Shown here: positions 10,120-17,041 of the stretch, one piece after another | Layout of the letters: every line of letters begins with the position of its first letter | Position numbering within the stretch: the first letter of the stretch is position 1 | DNA from: Novosphingobium sp. | GTDB lineage: Bacteria > Pseudomonadota > Alphaproteobacteria > Sphingomonadales > Sphingomonadaceae | Reading direction: 5' to 3' | DNA length: 64,000 bases | Assembly: GCA_046063225.1 (NCBI GenBank) | Contig: JBJTLW010000161.1 | Span: 26,809 to 90,808 of the forward strand | The notes under the pieces: generated by a model | What the model was told of the DNA's origin: nothing | What the model saw: only the letters and a program-made list of their open reading frames with translations | Databases searched by the model: none | Translations under genes and position numbers: made by a program

Positions 10120-10223
10120 GGTCTTACTCCCCAATGCAAGTCCGCCCGGCCGGTGCCGTTTGCGAGCCAGAAGCCGGCAAGCACACCAACGAACGATGCA
10201 GAGAGGATCACGCAATCCATCAT
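10116..10223 (-). CDS. Small 35-aa putative membrane protein (below the ORF-track cutoff)
   Basis: MMDCVILSASFVGVLAGFWLANGTGRADLHWGVRP*; its TGA overlaps the next ATG (ATGA). Confidence 0.45.
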   Translation of the reverse strand: MMDCVILSASFVGVLAGFWLANGTGRADLHWGVRP

Positions 10224-10357
10224 GACGCGCGCCCCACAAACGGTAATGGAAGTGCGATTTTGTGGCGATGAAACCGCAAATTTGCGACGTTTGCTGCTAT
10301 CTTCGCCCCTTGCGCATCGCTCAGGCTAGACTAGGGTCTTTCCCTCAAGGAGGGGCG

Positions 10358-12244
10358 ATGAAGGGGGAATTTACGATCCCGTCGCAAACGGGCAGCCGCG
10401 ATCTCGCGCGGATCGCGCCGTTCCAACTTGGCCCGCTGGCGATCGACCCACCGTCGCGCTCTATCAGTTCCGGCGGCCGCAGCGAACGGCTTGAACCGCG
10501 CGTGATGCGCGTCCTGGTGGCGCTGGGTGAAACGCCGGGACGGGTGCTTTCACGTGACGACCTTATTGCCGCCTGCTGGGATGGGCAGATCGTCGGCGAC
10601 AAGGCGATAACCCGCGCCATCTCTCTGCTGCGGCAGGCCATCGACGCGATTGGCGTTGATGCCGTGCGGATCGAGACAATCGCCAAGGTCGGCTTTCGGA
10701 TTGTGCGCCCGGGCGAACCGACGAACGCGGCGGCTGCGGTCGCGCCGGTGCCCGCAGCCGAAGAACCATCAGGCTTTGGCCGCAGGAAGCTGCTGGTTGC
10801 CGGCGCAGGCGGACTGGTCGCGCTGGGAGCGGGGCTGACGGCGTGGAAAGCCGGCCTGTTCTCTCCCCCGCCAACCGGGCCGCGCACGGTGGCGGTGCTG
10901 CCGTTCCGCAACCTGTCCGGCGACGCGGCGCAGGACTATTTTTCGGAAGGTCTTTCCGAACAGATCCGCACAGCCCTTGCGCGCAATCCGAACCTGCGGG
11001 TCCTGGCAACCGCGTCGATCGACGCAGCCATGAAGGGGAACCCGCAGACGCTGGCCGTCGCGCAAAAGCTCAGCGCGGCCTATTTGCTTGATGGCAGCGT
11101 GCGCCGTTCGGGCGAGCAGGTGCGGATCACGGCACGCCTGACCGAAGCCGCCAGTGGCACCGTGGCCTGGACGGACCAGATCGAACGCAAGGTCGCGGAC
11201 ATCTTTGCACTGCAGGATGAGATCGCGGACAGGGTTGCCGGCGCCTTGTCCGCGCAAACCGCCGATGGTCTTGGGCGCGACCAGATGGGCGGCACCCACA
11301 GCGCGCAAGCCTTTGACGCCTACCTGCGCAGCAAGGCCTATGGCGCGCTGCGAACCGGTGAGGCCTCGGCAAGAGCGGCGCTGGCGCAGCTCGATCTCGC
11401 GATTGCCGCCGATCCCAATTACGCCGAGGCGCTTGCCGCACGGGCGCAGATGATCATCTACATCGCCGGTTCCTTCGGCAAGGCCAGCGAGCTTAAGGCA
11501 GCGCATGACGATGCCTTTGAAACGGCGCAAAAAGCAGCAGAACTCGCGCCGCTGCTGCCTTTTGCGCAAGCCATTCTGGGCTTCGTCCATATTCAGTCGA
11601 AGATGGACTTCAAGAGTGCGGCAGCCCCCTTCGCAGCCGCCCGAAAGCTTGGCTGGGGCGATGCATCGGTGATGATTTTCGTCACCTTCTATTACGCGGA
11701 AATCGGCGCAGTGAAGGAAACGGCTGCTGCCGTGACGCGATTGCTCGAACTCGATCCGCTCAATCCGGCGGTCTATCGAACAGCCGCCTTTGCCGACTAC
11801 AGCACGCGCGCTTTCCAACGCGCAGAGGAGCATTGCCGCAAGGCGCTGTCTCTCAATCCCCGCATTTCTTCGGTTTATTCCATACTTGGCGATAGTCTGA
11901 TTGAGCTTCGACGGGTGCGAGAGGCGAGGGAGGCCTTCCTTGCCGAACCTGTTGAGCTGCTGCGGCTGACCGGGCTTGCCATTGCCGAATGGAAACTGGG
12001 CAACACGGCGGCGGCGCAAAAGGCTTATGACGATCTCGTCGCCCGGCTGGGCGATCTGGCCACCTATCAGTATGCGCGGATCTTCGCGCAATGGGGCAAG
12101 CCTGACGAGGCGATGGCAAAACTGCAATTTGCCCGGCAGCTCGGCGACGATGGCCTGCCCGTGGCCAAGACCGATCCGATGCTCGATCCGCTGCGGGGTC
12201 GGCCGGATTTTTCGCTATTGCTTGCCGACTTGGGTTTCGATTAG
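10358..12244 (+). CDS. CadC/OmpR-type winged-helix + TM + TolB-like + TPR regulator
   Basis: LEPRVMRVLVAL...SRDDLIAACW...IETIAKVGFR; TM after RRKLL; AVLPFRNLSGDAAQDYFSEG; TPR repeats; GGAGG RBS. Confidence 0.9.
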   Translation: MKGEFTIPSQTGSRDLARIAPFQLGPLAIDPPSRSISSGGRSERLEPRVMRVLVALGETPGRVLSRDDLIAACWDGQIVGDKAITRAISLLRQAIDAIGVDAVRIETIAKVGFRIVRPGEPTNAAAAVAPVPAAEEPSGFGRRKLLVAGAGGLVALGAGLTAWKAGLFSPPPTGPRTVAVLPFRNLSGDAAQDYFSEGLSEQIRTALARNPNLRVLATASIDAAMKGNPQTLAVAQKLSAAYLLDGSVRRSGEQVRITARLTEAASGTVAWTDQIERKVADIFALQDEIADRVAGALSAQTADGLGRDQMGGTHSAQAFDAYLRSKAYGALRTGEASARAALAQLDLAIAADPNYAEALAARAQMIIYIAGSFGKASELKAAHDDAFETAQKAAELAPLLPFAQAILGFVHIQSKMDFKSAAAPFAAARKLGWGDASVMIFVTFYYAEIGAVKETAAAVTRLLELDPLNPAVYRTAAFADYSTRAFQRAEEHCRKALSLNPRISSVYSILGDSLIELRRVREAREAFLAEPVELLRLTGLAIAEWKLGNTAAAQKAYDDLVARLGDLATYQYARIFAQWGKPDEAMAKLQFARQLGDDGLPVAKTDPMLDPLRGRPDFSLLLADLGFD

Positions 12245-12272
12245 CTTCACCACGTCACAAAAGGGGGACACT

Positions 12273-12473
12273 ATGCGTAAATTGGGACTGATTACCGCGC
12301 TTGCACTCAGTGCAGCCGTATCGGCTTGTGGCGGAACGCCATCGAATGATCCCGCACCCAGCGAATCCGCGACCGAGGCGTCGACTGCGGGCGATCCGCA
12401 GGGATGCCAGCCGAATTGTGGCGGCACGAACAGCGCGGCGCCTTCCGAAGAGGCATCGGGCGCACCCAACTAG
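12273..12473 (+). CDS. Small 66-aa lipoprotein with a CQPNC motif
   Basis: AAGGGGGA RBS, lipobox VSACGG, low-complexity linkers around GDPQGCQPNCGG. Confidence 0.75.
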   Translation: MRKLGLITALALSAAVSACGGTPSNDPAPSESATEASTAGDPQGCQPNCGGTNSAAPSEEASGAPN

Positions 12474-12488
12474 GGCTAAGACCAAGGA

Positions 12489-12527
12489 AAAACGGCGGTT
12501 CGGTCAAATCGACCGTACCGCCGTTTT
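12489..12527. terminator. Bidirectional intrinsic terminator
   Basis: AAAACGGCGGT-T-CGGTC / GACCG-T-ACCGCCGTTTT between convergent genes. Confidence 0.8.
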
Positions 12528-12568
12528 CGTTTCAAGATTGGCGCACTTCGCCAATGGCTGCGCTGCCT

Positions 12569-12913
12569 TCAAGCGCCGGCATCTCCCTTCGTAACGATCC
12601 GGATTTCCAGCGGCGCATCGCCTGCTGAAACCGCCAGAAGACGGTCGATATTCGGGTGCGCACCCGGCCGAGCGCGGGCATCTGCCGTATGCTCACCAAA
12701 GACCCGCAGGCCATGTTCGGCAGCGGCAGCGTTCAGAACGCCAAAGCACAGGTGCAGATACTGATAGACGGCGAGCGAGCCTTGTTTGCCCGGCTGGTTT
12801 TCGATGCTGGCAAGCGCATGTCCGCTCGCATCCACCAGATCAATGCGAAGCACGCCGTCGATGGATGGCATATGCTGCAGGTTATCCTTGAACCTCGCCA
12901 GCGGCTCGATCAT
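12569..12913 (-). CDS. DUF2322 family protein
   Basis: FKDNL, IENQPGKQGSL, FGEHTADARARPGAHPNIDRL. Confidence 0.85.
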   Translation of the reverse strand: MIEPLARFKDNLQHMPSIDGVLRIDLVDASGHALASIENQPGKQGSLAVYQYLHLCFGVLNAAAAEHGLRVFGEHTADARARPGAHPNIDRLLAVSAGDAPLEIRIVTKGDAGA

Positions 12914-12943
12914 CACCAAAGTCCTCTCATCGGTTCTGTGACC

Positions 12944-13330
12944 TCACGCCAAGGTGAGGAAAATTTCGGCCTCCAGCATCCAGTCGGCGCCCGAGTTTCG
13001 CCATTTCGCGGCATAGGTGCCCGACGCCAGGTCCGTTCCCGAAAGGCTGACGCCGCGCCAGGTGCCGTGCTCGAGCGCAATAGGAGCGACGGACGATACG
13101 ACGATCTCGCCCGGAATCCGCGAATAGACCGTGCGATCGGCGCTCGCGAACTCGCGCTTCCAGGCGAGCAGTTGCGCCTTGCGCCCGGTCAGCACCGCGC
13201 TGTCGGTCCCCGCAACCAGCACGGCATCCACGCTGAGGAACGACCCAACGGCAGCAAGGTCCGCATCGGCCAGCGCGCGATTGAAGGCGGCGCGGCGCAG
13301 GCGAATGGCAAGATCGGCTGGATCCATCAT
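12944..13330 (-). CDS. NTF2-like / DUF4440 protein
   Basis: RRAAFNRALA, EHGTW, GTYAAKWR pattern. Confidence 0.8.
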   Translation of the reverse strand: MMDPADLAIRLRRAAFNRALADADLAAVGSFLSVDAVLVAGTDSAVLTGRKAQLLAWKREFASADRTVYSRIPGEIVVSSVAPIALEHGTWRGVSLSGTDLASGTYAAKWRNSGADWMLEAEIFLTLA

Positions 13331-13342
13331 TGATACGCCCGC

Positions 13343-13549
13343 TCAGCCCTGATCCTTGAGCTTCACCCAGATATCGACCGGAGCGGCGAATTTACCTGGC
13401 GCTGGCTTGCCCACGTCCACCCGCTCGGCAACCACCAGTTCGCCCGAAGCCAGGGTAAAGCTCGCCCAAGGCTTGGGCATGCGGTTGAAGGTCATCTTCT
13501 GGATCGGGCGGCCCGTCGCCGAATTCATTATCGTTGCTATGATGCTCAT
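13343..13549 (-). CDS. Small hypothetical protein (68 aa)
   Basis: Clean ORF co-oriented with its neighbours; fills the gap. Confidence 0.65.
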   Translation of the reverse strand: MSIIATIMNSATGRPIQKMTFNRMPKPWASFTLASGELVVAERVDVGKPAPGKFAAPVDIWVKLKDQG

Positions 13550-13613
13550 GCCGCGCCGTTAACCGCATTGCCGCACTTGCGAAAGCTGCCAATTGGCAGA
13601 AGTGATGGCGGGA

Positions 13614-14090
13614 TCAGGCGTCTGCGCCAACGCTCAGGATTTCGATGGCATCGTCCTTGCCAGCGAATTCCACCAGATCACCGGCCTCCGCCCCCATCAT
13701 TGCGCGCGCCAGCGGGGCCGAAAACGAAATCGAGCCGCTTGCGGGGTCCGCCTCGTCATCGCCGACGATTTGCAATATGCGTTCCGCGCCGTTCAACCGA
13801 AATGTCACGCGGCTGCCAAAGGCTACTGCATCGCCCGAGGGCACCGGCATCACTTCCGCGGTAATTTGCCGCGTTTGCCAATAGCGCAGGTCGCGCCTGA
13901 ACGCCTTGACCGCCGCATCGTCCGCGCTGCAATCGGCCAGTGCCGCAAGCTGTGCGGCCAATGCATCGACGTTTGCGTCGATCAAGGACATCCCCCGCGC
14001 CGTAACGAGGTTCGGCCCGGGCGGAATCGGGATTTCGAATTTCGGCTCGAGGTGCTCCTCATCCCCGTCGCGGCGGAAGGCCACACTCAT
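13614..14090 (-). CDS. GreA/GreB family elongation factor (short form)
   Basis: VAFGSRV, IVGDDEADP, ISFSAPLARAMMG; GAGGAG RBS before ATG 14090. Confidence 0.85.
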   Translation of the reverse strand: MSVAFRRDGDEEHLEPKFEIPIPPGPNLVTARGMSLIDANVDALAAQLAALADCSADDAAVKAFRRDLRYWQTRQITAEVMPVPSGDAVAFGSRVTFRLNGAERILQIVGDDEADPASGSISFSAPLARAMMGAEAGDLVEFAGKDDAIEILSVGADA

Positions 14091-14103
14091 TTCGTCATGC
14101 TCC

Positions 14104-15969
14104 TCACGCGGCGATCGATTCCAGGGCCTCGCTTGCCTCAAGCCAGGCGGCTTCGGCGGCTTCCATGCGCGTCACGATATCGGCGCGGCGCTTCATCAGC
14201 TCTGTCATGGTCAGCTCGCTGAGCGAGGCTTCGGCGCTCCCCGGATCGAACATGGCCTGATCGATGGCATTGCGCTGGGTCGTCAGGGCATCCAGCTCGG
14301 CCTCGGCGCTTTTTGCGCGCTTGCGCATCTCCTGCGCTTTGGCGCGCGCTTCGGCGGCGGCCTTGCGCTGGTCCTTCTTGTTCACGCCGTCCTTGCGCGC
14401 CGGAGCCGGGTCCTTGGCCAGCACGAAGGCGATATAATCGTCAATCGAGCCGTCAAATTCGCGCGCCTGGCCGCTATCGACCAGAACCAGGCGGTCGGCG
14501 GTCATTTCCAGCATGTGCCGGTCATGGCTGACCAGCACAACCGCCCCGGAATAGGCATTCAGCGCCTGGATAAGCGCTTCACGGGCATCGACGTCAAGGT
14601 GGTTGGTCGGCTCGTCAAGGATTAGCAAGTGCGGCGCATCGCGCGTGATCAGCGCCAGGGCAAGGCGGGCGCGCTCTCCGCCCGAAAGTTTGCCCACCTC
14701 GGTCGTCGCCTTGGGGCCGGAAAAGCCGAAGCGACCAAGCTGCGCGCGCACGGCAGCGGGGCTCGCCCCGGTCATCAGCTGGGTCATGTGCTGCAGCGGC
14801 GTTTCACTGCGGTCGAGCTCTTCCACCTGATACTGCGTGAAATAGCCGACTTTCATCTTGGCGGTGGCATTCATCGCACCGTCCATGGGCGCGAGTTGCG
14901 CGGCGAGCAGCCGAGCCAGCGTGGTCTTGCCGTTGCCGTTGCGGCCGAGCAGTGCAATCCGGTCATCGGGATCGAGCCGCAGGTTAAGCCGGCTAAGCAC
15001 CGGCGTCTCGCCATAGCCGACCGAAGCCATGTCGAGCGTGATCAATGGCGGGCGCAATTCTCCCGGATTGGGAAAATCGAAACTGAGCGTCGGATCGTCG
15101 ATCAACTCGGCAATCGGCTGCAATTTGGCCAGCGCCTTCTGGCGGCTCTGCGCCTGCTTGGCGGTAGACGCACGGGCGGAATTCTTCGCGATGTATTCCT
15201 GCAGATGCTCACGCTGCGCCTGCTGCTTGGCGCGGGCCGAGGCAATCTGGGCCTGCCGTTCGGCGCGCTGCCGCTCAAACGCGTCGTATCCGCCAGGATA
15301 GAGCGTCAGCTTGCCGCCCGACAGGTGGAGGATGTGATCAACCACGTTGTTGAGGAAATCGCGCTCGTGGCTGACCAGAACGATGGTTGCCGGATAGCTG
15401 CGCAGGAAATCTTCCAGCCACAGCACGGCTTCGAGATCGAGGTGGTTCGACGGTTCGTCGAGCAGCAGCAGATCGGGCTGAGAGAACAGCAGCGCGGCCA
15501 GTGCCACGCGCATCCGCCAGCCGCCGGAAAAGCTTTCGAGCGGGCGCTGTTGCGCCTCTTCGTCAAAGCCCAGACCGTTAAGAATGCGCGCCGCCCGGCT
15601 GGGCGCGGAGTGCGCTTCGATAGCGATCAGACGCTCGTGCACCTCGGCAAGGCGGTGCGGTTCGTGGCAGGTCTCGCTTTCGATCATCAGCGCAGCGCGC
15701 TCGGTATCGGCGGCAAGGACGGTTTCGAACGGCGTGGCATCACCCCCGGGCGCTTCCTGCGCTATGTAGCCGAGACGGCTGCCGCGCGGCATCGAAACCT
15801 CGCCGCTGTCAGCCTCCAGCATACCGGCGATCACCCGCACCAGCGTCGACTTGCCGGCACCATTGCGGCCGATAAGACCGATCCGCCCGCGCGGCGGCAG
15901 TTTCGCCGTCGCGTCATCGATGATCGTTCGCCCGCCAAGGCGAACCGTGATTCCGGTAAGATTGAGCAT
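14104..15969 (-). CDS. ABC-F family ATP-binding protein
   Basis: Two ABC domains (GRNGAGKST, FSGGWRMR, DEPSNHLD; GRNGNGKTT, DEPTNHLD), no TM, C-terminal coiled coil. Confidence 0.95.
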   Translation of the reverse strand: MLNLTGITVRLGGRTIIDDATAKLPPRGRIGLIGRNGAGKSTLVRVIAGMLEADSGEVSMPRGSRLGYIAQEAPGGDATPFETVLAADTERAALMIESETCHEPHRLAEVHERLIAIEAHSAPSRAARILNGLGFDEEAQQRPLESFSGGWRMRVALAALLFSQPDLLLLDEPSNHLDLEAVLWLEDFLRSYPATIVLVSHERDFLNNVVDHILHLSGGKLTLYPGGYDAFERQRAERQAQIASARAKQQAQREHLQEYIAKNSARASTAKQAQSRQKALAKLQPIAELIDDPTLSFDFPNPGELRPPLITLDMASVGYGETPVLSRLNLRLDPDDRIALLGRNGNGKTTLARLLAAQLAPMDGAMNATAKMKVGYFTQYQVEELDRSETPLQHMTQLMTGASPAAVRAQLGRFGFSGPKATTEVGKLSGGERARLALALITRDAPHLLILDEPTNHLDVDAREALIQALNAYSGAVVLVSHDRHMLEMTADRLVLVDSGQAREFDGSIDDYIAFVLAKDPAPARKDGVNKKDQRKAAAEARAKAQEMRKRAKSAEAELDALTTQRNAIDQAMFDPGSAEASLSELTMTELMKRRADIVTRMEAAEAAWLEASEALESIAA

Positions 15970-16139
15970 GGTGCGCGCCTAGCAGGTCGGGCTGGTCAGC
16001 AAAAGAGACCAAAGGCCACAGACGGACGGCTGGTATAGGACCCTGGCGCAGCTTCAGTCTGACTGCTGCGCTTCGACAGTTGGCCAAGTCGGGGCTTCAT
16101 GCGATCGAAAGGAGGTCAGTCTCAGCAGGTGCGCTGTCG

Positions 16140-16979
16140 TTATGCCGCAGCCAACAAGAAGCTCTCGGCCATGCGCTTTTTGTCGGCTTTCCTGCCCGTA
16201 AAGATTTCGAAGGCGCGTGCGGCCTGGCCCACGACCATTCCGGCGCCGCTCATAGTCTTGCAGCCCTTGTTCCGAGCGAGACGCAGCAGTTCGGTTTCCA
16301 GCGGGAAATACACGATATCAGCGACCCAGTGATGGCTGGCGATCAGGCGCGGATCGATGGCCGGCTCGGGATGGGCGGCCATGCCCATCGGCGTTGTATT
16401 GACGATGCCTGTGACGGTTTCCGTTTCGACGTCGCGGGACTCCTGCGCGACGGCCCTGCCCTGACCGTAGGCCGCGTTCAGCCGTTCGGCCAGATCGTGC
16501 GCCCGCGCAAGATCGACGTCGGCGACGATCAATTGGCGTGTGCCCGCCGAAAGCAGGGCGTTGGCCACGGCGGCCCCGGCGCCGCCAGCACCAAGCTGGA
16601 GAACGGTGTCGAGACTGACGCCAGGCATGTGTTCGGCCAGGCTTTCCTCGAAGCCTGTCTTGTCGGTATTATAGCCGACAAGCCGGGAATCGCGCATTGC
16701 CACGGTGTTCACCGCCCCGACATTGCGCGCGCAGTCAGCCAGTTCATCCAGCAAGGGAATGACCGACTGCTTGAAGGGATAGGTAACATTGACGCCGCAA
16801 TACCCATTGCCGGACAAGCGCCGCAGCAGGGGCTCCAGATCGGTATCGTCCAGATCGGCCTGTGTGAAGTCAAACAGTTCGTAGCTCAGATCGAGCCCCA
16901 GCGCACGGGCTTCCTGCTCGTGAAGCCATGGAGAGCGCGAAGCCTGGATTGCGCGGCCAATGAGTCCGGTTCTCAGCAT
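16140..16979 (-). CDS. Shikimate/quinate dehydrogenase
   Basis: SRSPWLH, NVTYPFK, GAVNT, NTD, GAGGAG, NTTPMGM. Confidence 0.93.
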   Translation of the reverse strand: MLRTGLIGRAIQASRSPWLHEQEARALGLDLSYELFDFTQADLDDTDLEPLLRRLSGNGYCGVNVTYPFKQSVIPLLDELADCARNVGAVNTVAMRDSRLVGYNTDKTGFEESLAEHMPGVSLDTVLQLGAGGAGAAVANALLSAGTRQLIVADVDLARAHDLAERLNAAYGQGRAVAQESRDVETETVTGIVNTTPMGMAAHPEPAIDPRLIASHHWVADIVYFPLETELLRLARNKGCKTMSGAGMVVGQAARAFEIFTGRKADKKRMAESFLLAAA

Positions 16980-16995
16980 GTCTTTTGCGGCCCTA

Positions 16996-17030
16996 GCGGA
17001 CCGATGCCGTTGATACCAGCATCGGTCCGC
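16996..17030. terminator. Intercistronic hairpin after the TonB receptor
   Basis: Perfect 12-bp stem GCGGACCGATGC / GCATCGGTCCGC. Confidence 0.6.
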
Positions 17031-17041
17031 CCGGAGTTCAC

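Noticed and set aside
13614-15969. ABC-F next to a Gre-like factor as a novel system
   Set aside because: Ordinary housekeeping-type adjacency; nothing in the sequence supports more
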